A stretch of 64,000 nucleotides of DNA from Chiloscyllium plagiosum (Eukaryota): the NCBI RefSeq assembly GCF_004010195.1, contig NC_057719.1, positions 72,367,961-72,431,960 of the forward strand. Reading direction: 5' to 3'. Of the stretch, positions 25,121-38,706 are shown one piece after another. The position numbers and the translations under genes were made by a program. Every line of letters starts with the position of its first letter. The first letter of the stretch is position 1. The notes beneath the pieces are model-generated. The model was not told the DNA's origin. It did not search any database and saw only the letters and a list, made by a program, of their open reading frames with translations.

Positions 25121-26332
25121 TTCATTCTTTTGTTAAATAACTGGGATTTTGATTTTCTTCTATTTTTTAAGAAGTCAGTGGTCTCTAAACATTTTGACAA
25201 GAGGTTGGGTAGACTTCGGCCTGTATTCCCTAGATTTTAGAAGAATATAAATTGATTATATTGTAACACCTGAACTAAGGGGTTTGACTGGGTCGATGCT
25301 GGGAGAATGTTTCTCTTGACTGAGAAGGATAGAATTAGGGGTCATATTCTCAGAATAAGGAGTCAACAATTTACAGCTGAGGTAAGAAGAAATTTCTTCT
25401 CACTGCTGTTTATTTTAGCAATTCTCCACTTTAGAGAACCATAGATGTTCAATCATTGAGTATATTAAAGCTTAGGTTTGATTTTGTAAATAATATATAT
25501 CAGGATATTGCAGGAAGATGAAATTGATTCTGTTAAATGGCAGAATAGACTAGAAATGCAGAAGGACCCACTTCTCCTATTTCTTCTGATCTTTTACTTT
25601 ATGGGAAGATTATACCTGATATTGGAATGATTTTAATTCCTATGACAATAATGTTACTTTTATTCCACATATATTTGGCCTGATTGGTTTTGCAGAAACA
25701 TGCCTTAGGCCTGCATCATTATAACTTTGCAGTTAGGTGGTACTCTGTGTAGTCACAATGCAACACTGAATGGAGGATCCTTGAATCTGCATACATTGTT
25801 GAGTGACACATAGGCTTTGATGGCACATAGCAGAGAGATCCTTGAAATCTGTCTATTGCACAGTTAACCATGGGTGTCCGTCTGGATAGAAAACTGGTGT
25901 CATTCTCCTCTATCCCCTTTTTCACCAATATCAAAATATATGTGATATTTAATGCCCAGTCTTTAATACTCAGAATTTCCACAATCCAAATTCCATACAT
26001 GCACCACTGTCGGCAGGATAGTATGACTCTCTTTGTGAAATGCATCATATTAAGCTGTGTTGTTTAGTACATGAAGCATCAGTAACTGAGTATGAATTAA
26101 TTTGCAGGGTGTTATTTAAACCGTTAATGACGATGTGTAAAACATTCACATATAAAGCTCTTCTGAAAATGATTTCTTAAAAAAAGGCAAAGTGACATTT
26201 TAATTTTATCTTGTGCACAAGCAGCGGTATTAGCTATGATGCTTTTTGAAAAAACTGGATGTATGTCTCAGATCAAGTTTATTTCTATCCATTATATGTG
26301 GGAATAAATTTATTTCTTCTATTTTTATTCAG

Positions 26333-26401
26333 AATAAACCTGGTAAACATGTGTTATATGGTTGCAGCGAGCTGTTCAATGCTAGCCAATTCCTAAAGCA
26401 G
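26333..26401 (+). CDS. SCFD1: SCFD1 penultimate coding exon, NKPGKHVLYGCSELFNASQFLKQ
   Basis: atttttattcag| acceptor and |gtactg donor; 69 nt, phase 0-0. Matches recalled human GKQGKHILYGCSELFNATQFIKQ and joins in frame with 13396-13461. Confidence 0.96.
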
Positions 26402-27939
26402 GTACTGTATTTTATTTATTAAGTTGTGGACAATTAGTCAGTAGCTTATATAATGACAAGATTTACGTTAACATAATTGGTTCTAAGGTCCACCTCAAAA
26501 GCTGTCAATGCATTTTGCTCTCAGTATTGTGCGTGTGTGTGTAATGCACTCAGATAATTTTTAAAAAATTAATGAGCCCAGTGAAGCTTCTGTTCAGATG
26601 GAATGCTGTTGAAAATTAGATGGAAGTAGTGAAGTGCTCATGTTGGAGATGGTCATTGCTTGGAACATTCAATGCGTGTTGCCTAAAGCCAAACATGGGT
26701 GCAGTGCAGATTGTGTGTTCTAAAATAAATCTCTCTCCCTATTCTCACTAAATATCCCTAAGCAGATTGTTATTTAATTTTTCCCCTTTTGAAACAGTGC
26801 CCATTCCCTCTGTTTGTTAATTCTGACCTTGTAAGGATTGCAACAGCACTGTGTAAAATGAAACTAGAAGTAAAGTTTTATTTCACACACTGTCAGATAA
26901 GTTTGGGGAATATTTTTACAAAAAAAGGCATGCTCGCAAACATACGAGAAAGTTCAAATTAAAAAACATAAGGAACTTATTTATTTAGTAATGACTGAAG
27001 TATAAAAGAGTTAAGGGAGACCAATTTATCAATATCATTGTTTTCAAAATAGAATTCAAAAGCCCAAAATGCTTTTGTGGTTGTATTGCTAGTTCAGGGG
27101 CAAAAGACCATTTCTTCCCTTTGATATTGTCAAAAGATGTTCATTCAGATACTATTGACCCCTTTAACGGCTATCTTATAATTCTATGGTTAAAGGGCAG
27201 TTGTGTTCTATGTGGGAGTATCCAGACCTCTTTGGGTGGACAGAGGGAGGAGGAGGGTGCAGAGGAGAAGCTGTTACCATCAAGACAAAGGCTTGTGTTG
27301 CAGATAAACAACTGTCTCGAGGTTAAGTGGAAAGTCATTAACACACCTTACAGGATAGGAAAAACTTGCAATTCTATTGTTCAATTCTCCCATCAGGGAC
27401 TGTTAATTGGCTGATTTTTGTCTTCTGAGAAGCTTCTGAAAAGTTACTGCCTAATTCTATTATCGATTACCGCAGCCATCTTTTGGCTGTCTAATGTGCT
27501 TTTTTAATATATATATATGTAAGTGTAGTGAAGTATTTTTTTTTATTCCATTTGTGGTGGCTGACATGGGCTGTTCCATTATTAAAGGAGCTCTTGGTAT
27601 ACTTAATGCAGCATCATCAGCTTACTGTCCTACTTTTAATCTTCTGATGCATTTAAGCTTGTTAGAGGTGGTTATGGTCACTGACCTAAGGAATCTGGGC
27701 AGGGAAGAGCTAAAATTATTGGTCTTTCACCCAGAGGGAAAAGTCAGGAATACTTGGAAATGAATGTACTTGTACTGGGCCTCCATTTTGAAGTATACAG
27801 GATGAGTCAGACCTATATGCCTCATTGGCAAGTTTTACTGGTTTTCTCTTCTGGGCAACAAGTGCAGCTTTCTTCCAGCGACTGAAGGCAATCCCGTCCC
27901 CGGAGGATTTTCTCACTGATCTCCCTGAAAGAGACTTCA

Positions 27940-28720
27940 AGATGCTGTGGTACAGTGGGATCTGGGTGTCCTCCTTCATGAATGACAAAAAGTTAATAAA
28001 CAAGTTCAGCAAATAATTAAGAAGGCAAGTGGAATATTGTGTTGAGGGAAATGGATTATAAAAGTAGGGGAATTGTGCCTCAAATGTACAGGTGAGATTG
28101 TATCTGGAATACTACGTACAGGCGTGATCTCTTAATTATGATGGGGGTACTTCAGAGAAGATTCACTAGGTTCATTTGAAGGATGAAGTGGTTGTTTTAT
28201 ATAGGTAATTGAGCAGGTTGGACTTATATTCATTGGTGTTAGGAGAATGAGAGATGAGGTTATTGAAAGATGTAAGATTCTGAGAGAGTTGATAGATGCT
28301 AAGGGGATGTTCCCCTTACTGTGAAATCTAGAACTAGGTGTCACAGTTTCAAAATGGGTTGTTCCCATTTTTGGAAGAAATGAGCAATCAATTCTCGGAT
28401 AGGTGGGAATGTGGATTTGAGTTTATAATCAACTCAACCATGATTTTACTGAGAAGGAGAGCTGGCTTGAGTGGTTAACTGGCCTACTCCTTTGAAGTCA
28501 CTAGCTTTGGAATTCTCTTCCCTCGGATAGCAGTGGAGGCTGACTTATTGTTTTTAAGACCAAATTTTATAAGGACAACTTTTGATACACAGGGAAGTAG
28601 ATGATTATGAGAGCTAGGTGGAATAACAAAACTGAGGCTAAAATCGGGTCTTATTAAAAGTTGTCAAACTTGAGGGGCCAAATGGCCTACCCCAGTTCCT
28701 ATTTCTTACGATCACATGAT
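27940..28720 (+). mobile_element. Degenerate CR1 3' fragments in the last SCFD1 intron
   Basis: ggatctgggtgtcc, ggaatactacgtacag, tctagaactagg and aatggcctac motifs of CR1 RT/3' end. Confidence 0.55.
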
Positions 28721-29245
28721 CTGAGCCTTGTTGATGCTGTACTCAGTTGAATGCTGTCTTGATGTCAAGGCCAACTCCTTGTTTGTTATCTGATGGCACT
28801 ATTCATGACCCCATGTATTATTCTCAATGCTGCATGAACAGAACTAAATTGACTGGACTCTAGCATGCAACATGGTGGTACCTGGGATTAGGCTGAGGGC
28901 AAACTATTCATTTGACTTTTGAATTAAGACAGTTGCAAACACATCAGCCTTCTCTCTTGCATTTGTCTAGAACCTGTTATGCTGAAAAGTGCAACTGTCA
29001 ATGGACATCTTCACATGAGTAACCCAATTGTCCATCATTATTCTCCACTGGATGTGATAGGCTCTAGAATTTTTGTCATATACGTGGTTGTAGGGTCACT
29101 TAACTCTGTTTGTAACTTGTCCCTTTTGATGTTCAGTAATCAAACAGCCATGTGTGGAGCTTTATTAGGTCACTTTCTCATTCCAATTTAAGATGGGTTA
29201 AGCCTTCAATAGAAATATGTAACTAGTGCTTTTTCTGTCTTCCAG

Positions 29246-29272
29246 CTGTCACAACTTGGATCTCAGAGCTAA
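29246..29272 (+). CDS. SCFD1: SCFD1 terminal coding exon, LSQLGSQS-stop
   Basis: ttttctgtcttccag| acceptor, then CTG TCA CAA CTT GGA TCT CAG AGC TAA. Human ends LSQLGQK. Followed by an AT-rich 3' UTR. Confidence 0.93.
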   Translation: MSQLGSQS

Positions 29273-29484
29273 GACATACAGTTATTACTCTTGAGTAATT
29301 TTCAAGATGGAAGAATACAGCCAACATGTTTTGCTACTCCAGTGTCACACTTTATTTACATATTTCTTTCTTGAAATATTATAATACTTATAATTCCATT
29401 TACTTGATAATTCTTTGCGATTGGATATAATTTCTGACATTTTTAACATCAACCTATACATCATGTAACTGTACAAAGAGTTGA

Positions 29485-29490
29485 AATAAA
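29485..29490 (+). terminator. Probable polyadenylation signal of SCFD1
   Basis: AATAAA ~210 nt after the stop codon, with TGTA upstream and GT/T-rich sequence downstream. Confidence 0.6.
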
Positions 29491-29984
29491 TCTAAAAACA
29501 AATAATTGTGTTTAAAATTATTCAGTGGCAGTTTGTATAAATATTTTGTGTAAGTTATTTTTACAAAATGCATTCAAATCATTTAACAGCAATCATGACT
29601 GATAATTTTTCAACTTCCTGCAGCTGCCAGCCAGACGTTGTTGTATTCCTGCTGTCCACCCTCAGCTAATCATCAGGGGTCAGCAATGAGCTTTCAACTG
29701 TCTTGATTTATGAGAGTCTGGACCATACTATGTGATACTTCCAGCCACTCAATAGTGCAAGAGTACGTAATGCATAGGGAACAAAATCCATTTATTTAAG
29801 AAAGAGTTGTATATATTGTCTTTAGTATTTGGCTTTGAAGTTATCCATCAGACATTTTCCCAGAATCCATTTAACATAGAACACAGTCATGTGGATTTGT
29901 GGTTTTTAAAGTTCTTTCTGAGCTGTGTATTTAGCTCTTCCTAGTGGAGGAATCTGGTACTGCTTCAACTTATCTCACAAGTCA

Positions 29985-30082
29985 GAGAATCCCTACAGTA
30001 TGGAAAAAGTCATTTGACCCATCCAGTCTACACCAATCCTCCAAAGAGCATCCCACTCGGACCCACCTCCCACCCTACTCCT
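29985..30082 (-). mobile_element. HE1/HER1 3' tail fragment
   Basis: gaatccctacagtatggaaa...tcctccaaagagcatcccactcggacc. Confidence 0.6.
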
Positions 30083-32420
30083 ACTGACGAGAAATGATTC
30101 TATGTTAAGGTCATAACAAAATCTAAATATCATTTTTTTTTACCTAAACTAGTTTTAAAAATTACAGAAAGTTTGTGAAAATTGCATTCACCAGACCTCT
30201 TATTCACAAAAGAGCAGAAACTTCACAAAACTAAAACTAATCATTAAAAACTAAAACCACTACAATGCTGACATTTTTCATCCACCTAAGAGCACAAAGG
30301 ACAAGGTAATATTTCTCTAACAAATTGTATCAAGGATGTATTTATAAATGTACAGTGGGTACGGTCCCAATAATCATTCAAGCAAGGTTGCTGTTAATTT
30401 AAGCTGAATCCATGACACTAAGAAAAAAAGTATATACCCTTAAATAGGTATGATCTAGTGGTTATTACTGAGACATGACTGCAGGATGACTTAGATTGGG
30501 ATCTAAATCTTGGATATGTGACATTTAGGAAGGTCAAGAAGCTGGGAAAGGATGAAGGAGTGACTCTATTAATTAAGATGATATTGACACTATAGAGAGG
30601 GATGACATAGATTATGTCAACCAGGATATAGAAGCAACCTGGGTAGTGATAAGGAATGATAGCATCAATAGGTCAGATATGGAACTTGTGTACAGGCCCA
30701 AAAGAGTAACCATATAGTCAGATAGGCTATCAAAGAAGAAATAGCAGGAGCTTATAAAAAGGATACAGTAACGATAGGGTCTCAGCAATTCCAGAGGCTC
30801 AGGGAAGAAGTGCAACAGTAATTCCACAAATCCAGTGGGAGATGATAGGTCAAAAGGAGGGTGTAGATTTGAAATTGCTGTTGTGTAAGGAAATGATTCT
30901 GAAAGAGTTCATATTGGTGTTGCATTAAGCTGTACCCAATCTAATGATCTTTCTCATTTTTTGAGTGGGGGTTGTTACATTCTGCAGGAGTACCTGAAGG
31001 GAGCAGATGTACTCTGTACAGCTCCTATTTTGCCTAACTACTAATATAAACTATTCCTATTAGTATAACTTAAGCTAACTTATTATGTGACTTCTGTTTA
31101 GAATTATCAATGCTTATCCTTTATGGCTGTTAATTAAACAGTCCCCAGACTCAACTTGGGGAAAGAGTGATTGGTGGCAGCACACTACCCAAACATAGTG
31201 TGATAACTACCAACTCAAAGCACTAACACTGATTCTGATGGTGACAAGGAATACCAGTTCAGATGTTGTTTAAGTATGGTGCCTATGAACTAAGGGCAAT
31301 GGTGGCAACTCTTCTTTGCACTTCCCTGCTGCATGATTTACCATGCACATCCAACTCAATATCAGGAGTCAGTGCTGGAAGATTCTATACTACTATTGGA
31401 TAGTTCTTCCTTCTCCACAGAAAAGGTAGAGGATATGTTCCTATCAATCTAACTACTCGTAATGCATGAAAATTCAATGAATATGAATCTTAATCTGTCT
31501 AAACAATATACAGTGGTATTTTGATATTCTGTAAGTTGCCACACCAGTTCGAGTCACTTTCTTGTTAGGGCCTTTAAATTGAGAATGAACTCTCACGTTT
31601 GAAATTCTGCAATAAGTGTTTGGTAATGTCCATATTAAAAGTCAAAACGATATTTAACATGTTATTAGAGTTATTTACTGCTTAATATATGCCCATGCAT
31701 CAACTTTAGGAAAATCTTTTATTTAGTACTATAAACCAGAATAGCAAATGTGTATCTGGCACCAAGAAGTATTTCCTGTCTGCAATGGAAGAAAATTCAG
31801 TAGCTTGTTGTATAATATCAAGGCTAATGAAAGGTTTGCTCTATTTGAATTTTCTATAAGATGTATGGCTTCTCCATGGGAACCTGAATTTAGTATTAAA
31901 CAAACCACTGTTACATCTGGGCACATGGCCACATTGTACTGATATATATTTATTCTGGAAAACAGCCTTTTTAGTAGCAATCCTAATTGAAAGACAGTGA
32001 GGTGAAATAAAAATATTGGACATTAATTCTCCTTTCAAACTTTTAAAGGGGGTTGGAATTAATGTATATTTCATAGCTCACTGATTAACTAAATTCTTCA
32101 TCATCACACATTTCACCCTGTAACCTTTCCAACTTCTTAATAACAGTCCAAGAGACTCATCACTGTTATTTTTTGGAGGCTGCATCCCAGTAATACAAGA
32201 ACAAGACACTAGATAATTACAGACTTTTATTTTGCCAAACAAAATTAATTTGGTTTCAATCGGAAACCTGCCTTCCAAGTGCCCACATTTGACAACTTCT
32301 TAAATGGACAAATGCCATAGACAAATAGATGTTTTTTCCTTAAAAGTTGGATTTGATGATTATTAAGATGTTGATGCCACAAATATTAACATAGGCTTAG
32401 AAATAGTTATTTAATGTTAC

Positions 32421-33000
32421 TTGAGTACAGGAGTTGGGAGGTCATGTTGCGGCTGTACAGGACATTGGTTAGGCCACTTGGAATATTGTGTGCAATTCTG
32501 GTCTTCCTATCAGAAAGATGTTGTGAAACTTGAAAGGGTTCAGAAAAGATTTACAAGGATGTTGCCAGGTTTGGAGGATCTGAGCTACAGGGAGAGGCTG
32601 AACAGGCTAGGGCTGTTTTTCCTGGAGCGTCAGAGGCTGAGGGGGGACCCTATAGAGGTTTACAAAATTATGAGGGGCATGGAATGGATAAATAGGCAAA
32701 GTCTTTTCCCTGGGTTCCGGGAGTCCAGAATTAGAGGGCATAGGTTTAGGGTGAGAGGGGGAAGATATAAAAGAGACCTAAGGGGCAACTTTTTCACGCA
32801 GAGGGTGGTACGTGTATGGAATGAGCTGCCAGAGGATGTGGTGGAGACTGGTATAACTGCAACACTTAAGAGGCATTTGGATGGGTATATGAATAGGAAG
32901 GGTTTGGAGGGATATGGGCTGGGTTGGGATGTCTGGTCGACGTGGTCGGGTTGGACCGAAGGGTCTGTTTCCATGCTGTACATCTCTATGACTCTATGAC
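32421..33000 (+). mobile_element. CR1 (HER1-type) 3' fragment
   Basis: LEYCVQFWS...LERVQKRFTRM...NFFTQRVVRVWNELP; ends ctctatgactctatgac. Confidence 0.93.
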
Positions 33001-33635
33001 AAACTAAAAATATCCATTAAAAGTATCCATGATACCAGCTGGACAAGTAATCTCATGTATAATCTAACAAAACCATCACAGAATGTTAAATCTATGTGAA
33101 TGTGATATTTTAGAGCAAAAGTGTATGGATGATGAGTAGTTCTGTGTATTGTTTTAAATAATAGATAAAACATTATCGATAATATTTATTACAATGAATG
33201 CATTCTTTCCTATTCAATTTAAAGTGGTGACAATACTTGTACAAGAATTGGTTTTAAACACCCCAGTAGTGGATATGACGAAAGTATATCATATGTTGCA
33301 ACGTCATAAATTACACTGATCACAGATTGACCCAGAGAACATAAAGTATTTAGAAATAGAAGGCTCAGGAAAATTTCAGCAATGACCTTTTCCAATTTTA
33401 ACTGAAGCTTGAATGGACGCAAGAATAAAGTTACTTGAGGAATTATATAGCTGAAAAAAAACAAAATTTGAATAGCTAACTCTTGAACAACAAAATCTTT
33501 GATCAAATTAAGTTCTCCTGACTCAACTAGTTGCTTGTTTCCCAAATAACATTCTATACAATTTGCAGGTCACATTATTAAACAAAATATGTAATGTCAA
33601 ACATCATTCTTACATAGTTTTTGTTTAGTAGAAAG

Positions 33636-34262
33636 ATTATGAAAAATACCGTGTGCTGATGTTGTGACTTTAAGAGGTTGTGTTTGTCCTGGTGTCTTTT
33701 AGAGAGAGATTGAGCAGTCCATGAGAAGGTAAACAACTTGTAAAGCCTTGTTTTGTTTTCTAAAGTTGGAAAAATAGAAGCAGCCTGAGTGAGTGTGGTC
33801 AAGCTCTCACGCTCAGAACTAGGTTTAGGTTTAGCTTTCAGCAGTTACTTTTGGGCTCTTGATTAAGTGGAAGCACTTTTGGTCTCTCTTGATCACAGCC
33901 AAAAGCTAGAGGTCCTCTTCCTAGGCTGTTGGATTGCAAGTGCGACAGATCTGTTTTCTGAATTTGCCTTTGCCAAAGGTATGTTTATGGGATGCTGCTA
34001 TGTTGGATCAGTTAATTAGCAACAGTAATAATATTATCTATTATTCTGTTAAGTTTTCCAATTGAGTTGTATTCCAAGTTCTTTCTTTTGTTGTAATTTA
34101 ATGATAGTGTTTGAATAAATCATGTGCTTAATATTGAGTAGTTTGACCAGTCAAATTGCATTTGGAACACAGCACCTGACATTTACCTTTTAAATAAGAA
34201 AAGGTTGGGGTTTAGGCTACCTTCTTAAATTAATTTGAGGGTGTCTGGTCTGGTTCATAACA
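33636..34262 (+). mobile_element. Solo-LTR-like element
   Basis: Internal AATAAA and a gtctggtctggttcataaca (..CA) end typical of fish Gypsy-type LTRs; 5' end degenerate, no TSD seen. Confidence 0.45.
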
Positions 34263-35479
34263 CCTAAATCCAACAAACTAACTTGCAAGCATTAACACTC
34301 TTACTATTGCATCTATCCCAGAATAACTAGCAATGGTATAGTTTGATAATTCATTTTTCAGAAAAGTTCACCTAGAGTCCCAATAAATCAGTGCTTCACT
34401 AATGTAATTTGTAATTGGAAACTGTACTGTTTTAACTGAAACATATCAAATAAGTGATTTTGATTGAATTATAGTTGGAAAATAAAATGATTCATTGTTC
34501 TCGGCTGAAACATGAATATGCATTCTGTAATTATTAATTGATTGTAATCTCCACATCATGTTTCAATTTTAAAGCTTTCCCTGCTTTCATTTTCACTCTT
34601 GCTGAGATTTGAGCCCGCCTAAATTATCCATCTTAGGAGATCCCAAAGACTTAACCACAGTGACAGTTTTAAACACAACTGCACATAGTTCTTTAATTGA
34701 ATGCTGCTAGAAATTGGGATTCCTTTGAAGCTGAATTTTTCTTGTATTCCCTGTGTAGCATGAGATCTCTTGTAACTGCTGCTGGAGTGCAATATTCTTA
34801 CCCCAAACTCGAACAATCTATAACAATCAAGGATAACAAAGAAGTACAGTAAACTCTCAAGGATTACCAAGGTCCCTATGTTCCATTGAACTGACAATAA
34901 AGAGCTATTATGTATTGTATGTATCCAATTATCAATGCAGTGTTTAGGAAAATAAAAGAAAACTTACCCAAAAGCGAATAAAACTAAGTTTAAGAAAGTG
35001 GGACAATGGTTACTCTGATATTATGACAATTCATACCCATGTTCTTTGGCTAAATTAATTCAGACAAGAGATTGACTCAGTGTAGGTTGGCAGTCTTAGA
35101 AGAGAGTATAAAAAGGGGGCAATCTTTGTCAGGAAGCTGGCTTCCTCAGAGGAAGCTAAGTCAGAAGTGATTGTGGTAAGATCCAGATCAGAATTCCCTA
35201 GCATTTTGTCTGGAGAGCAGGATGCTACCTCCACAGGTTTAATGTGTTATCATCTGGTATCAGTGAACAATCCTCATTGTTTAATTAACAAATGAATCAT
35301 ATCTAAACTGCTACTTCTTTGAAGACCTGAGCTATCTGAAAATTCCTTGCAAATGGGCACCTGCTGTATTAGGTAACTCTGGTCCTCAAGCCCAGAAAAT
35401 CTGATGATACGAAGTTAAAAAAAAGTTGCTAATTTCCAAGCAAATTGAAAGTAACAGTGATGAATGCCTGAGACTAAAT

Positions 35480-36200
35480 GAAACTAGGGAGCCGATGAAG
35501 GTTATATGTTTATTAAGGAGTAATTGGGTGACAGCTGAGTATAAGTATACCTGTATAGGAAATAAGAGATCAATGTGTTAGAGATTTGTGATGTGTAAGT
35601 TGAAATAAAAATTTGACAAGAAGAGGATACACCTGGATTCTGACCAACCTTCAAACCTGGTGTTTTTCAGTAGTAGAAGAAAATGGTTAGCTGTTTGTAA
35701 GCCAAAACTTGAAAGCTAAGTATTATTCTAACCACATAGTTACTTTAAGAACACCTCAGAGAGTTGGGTTAAACTAAATCTGGACTATTATGTTATGGTT
35801 ACTCACTCCTGTTTTTTTAATTGTGAACCTTATGACCAGTGGAAGAATGAAACAACCAGATATGTGTTTGTTCTTTACCAAAGAGGAAGCAATGTATGGT
35901 CTAAGCATATTCACTGCCATACAAAAAGCACGATTAGTAAGTTTTTTTCAGAGCTGGAGATTGATGATATGGACATGGATGAAGGTTTGGACAAAGTATC
36001 AATAAAAATGTATCAAAAAAAATGTTTGCTGCTTATGAGGCATGGCCATATTTTGATGAATTCAGAAAGTGAAGGTATTTTTATAAAAGAGTTTATAATG
36101 AAATTCAGTGGATTGTGTGCAAGACTGCAGAAAGTATATTTGGAAATTGCCCAGCCTATGCTGGAATCTAGTTTATTGGATGGTGGGTGTATGATATATT
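35480..36200 (+). mobile_element. Decayed Ty1/Copia (GalEa-like) LTR retrotransposon: LTR end, PBS-like site and gag remnant
   Basis: Frameshifted gag-like peptides EPYDQWKNE / FSELEIDDMDMDEGLD / AAYEAWPYFDEFRK / EFIMKFSGLCARLQKVYLEIAQPMLESSLLD; AATAAA at ~35604; degenerate tRNA-iMet PBS at ~35668-35688. Confidence 0.55.
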
Positions 36201-36304
36201 AATGTATTTAAACCGTGGTTAATAAAAATGTAGTAAATGTGCGGATTATTTCTGTGAATAATTCTAAAAATCATCATAATAACTGATCAGACAGTCTTCA
36301 AGAC

Positions 36305-36436
36305 TAGGGAGAAAGTGAACACTGCAGATGCTGGAGATCAGAGTCTAAGAGTGTGGTGTTGAAAAAGCCCAACCAGTCAGGCAGCATCTGAGGAACAGGA
36401 GAATTGATTTTTCAAGCATAAACTCTTCATCAGGAA
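36305..36436 (-). mobile_element. Penelope-like pLTR fragment
   Basis: ctgcagatgctggagatcagagtc...gtcaggcagcatctgagga...ctcttcatcagga. Confidence 0.65.
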
Positions 36437-36454
36437 CATTAATCTAATCTAGTA

Positions 36455-37107
36455 TATGTCAGAGTGCAGGGACACCCTGCAGTCTTAATGGAAGCATGTT
36501 TTTGGTTCAGTAATAATCAAGGAATTATTTTTAGCTTAGAAAACCCAGAGACTAAAATCTCTTAGAGTAGCTTTTAAGACCTGTGTGATGTCAAAAGCAA
36601 ATATAGTTTCTCTCCCACAAAAAATTATGAAACATCTCAGGAAAAGCACAGTTACCCGTGTGAAAGATAATTTGTGAAACAACCAGACCAGGAGTGTTTG
36701 ATTATAAATCTACAGGTTACTAAAAGCTGAGAAAGCCTAAGCTTTCAGTTAGCAGATCTTCATATAAATAGCTTTCACAGTGCACGGGAAAGAACTGGGA
36801 AGAATCAGTTAAGTCAAACTCAAGAATTTGACATTTACAGGGTTACTATCTCTGGAGTTAAGAGTCTGTAATGGGTAGTGTCAGGAAACTGGATGAGACT
36901 TTGTTTTGCTGTGTTTTAAGATCTTTCAAACTGTTCTATATTTAGTTTTTTTAATCTTTTTGTCCTTTTGTGTAATTAACTTCTTTTTATTGTTAAAGAT
37001 ACACTGCAGTCTCATGTGACTTTATTTCAGTAACTGATTTCCACATCAGCTGAACAGACCAGATTTCATCTGACTTGTTCAGTAGTTCATCAGCTGGGAT
37101 CATAACA
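36455..37107 (+). mobile_element. Solo-LTR-like element
   Basis: Ends gggatcataaca like 33636-34262; degenerate. Confidence 0.35.
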
Positions 37108-38387
37108 ACTTTGGCAAGACTTAATTTACAGATACGCAAGCACCACGGGAAGATTTGTCTGAAGCAGTAACGAAATTCCTTAGAAAGATTTCCTTTCCAG
37201 CCATATTCATGGCACAAATGGGACCATTGGTCAAGTGACAGAAAATGGAGGACACAGCTGGCAAAACTGTCACAGGCAACATTTTGAAAGAAACTTTTTA
37301 ACCAAGAGAAATGAAGACAGAAATACTATAAAGGAATAAATCCCAGAGATGGCCAGGGTAGTCAATCAACAGTTATGGTATAATTCAAAATACAATTGTG
37401 TAACCAACTGCCACAGCTGATATAATGTATTCAAGCTAAATTTGAAACAGAAGCTTCAGAACAAGAAGATGGAAATAGGAATCAAAGAGAAAGTACTGTG
37501 TTGGTCACAGGAAGTTTCAGCCCAGTAATAAATGGGCCAATGGCAGAATCTTTTAATTGTGCTGAATGAGACAGTGTTCTAAACAAGGAGCAGACCAGCT
37601 AAAATACTACTTAGATACCCTGAGCAATTGGGATCTGAACAAAAGGTAAGAAATTTTATGATATTCCATCAACTTTACATGTGGGGGTAACAGACTTAAA
37701 TCTTTAAAACAAGCAGCCATTCTTTCTAAAATAGACAGAATCAATTATTTTATTACCATGGATGTAGTATCCAGTGAAATAATGTTGCTATTTAATTGGC
37801 CATCAATTGAAAAAAAGTGCAGATGACATTGGATATGTAAAACAATGAAGTTACTGTATTTGAAAAATCTGGAAATTTGCAATTCACAAAATTGGGCCAT
37901 TATTGTATTACTTTATTGAAACATGACCTCTCCATTAAGGAAATTGACGAAGTGTTATTAACATTGGAGGCAAAGTTAATTTTGTTAAAACTACATAGGG
38001 AATTTGCCTATCTATCATCCGAATAAAATTAGTAAAGGGTGCAGGAATAAAAGATCAAGAATATAATAAGCTTATATAAGTGATGTAATAGATGTGAGAT
38101 TTATTAGAAATACTGAAGGACACCATTATATGCTATCGTAAATAAGGAGAGGCCTAAAAGGTTATTAGTATTTGTAAAGGTCACTATTAGTAATAACAAC
38201 TTTGGAGTATGGGAATGAGATTGCTCAAGTGCACTCTTCAACGTTGCATTGTATAAGTTACTTACTATGACAGCTTTAGAATTTGTAATGTGAAATCAGG
38301 CTTTTCTAATAATTCTCTGCATAGTAATGAGGATCACAATGTCACATAGGAACATGGGAACAGAAATAGACCATTCAGCCTATTCTG

Positions 38388-38706
38388 CCGTGGTGGCTCA
38401 GTGATTAGCACTGCTGCCTCACAGCACCAGGGTCCCAGGTTCGATTCCAGCCTCGGGTGACTGTGTGGAGTTTGCACATTCTCCCCGTGTCTGCGTGGGT
38501 TTCCTCCGGGTACTCCAGTTTCCTCCCTCAGTCCAAAGATGTGCAGATCAAGTGAATTGGCCATGCTAGATTGCCCATAGTGTTAGATGTATTAGTCAGA
38601 GGGAAATGGGTCTGGGTGGGTTACTCTTCGGAGGGTCGGTGTGGACTGGTTGGGCCAAAGGGCCTGTTTCCACACTGTAGGGAATCTAATCTAAAAAAAA
38701 TCTAAT
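38388..38706 (+). mobile_element. HE1-type SINE inserted in a minus-strand CR1 tail
   Basis: tggctcagtga A box, ggttcgattcc B box, HE1 body and AATCT tail. Confidence 0.92.
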
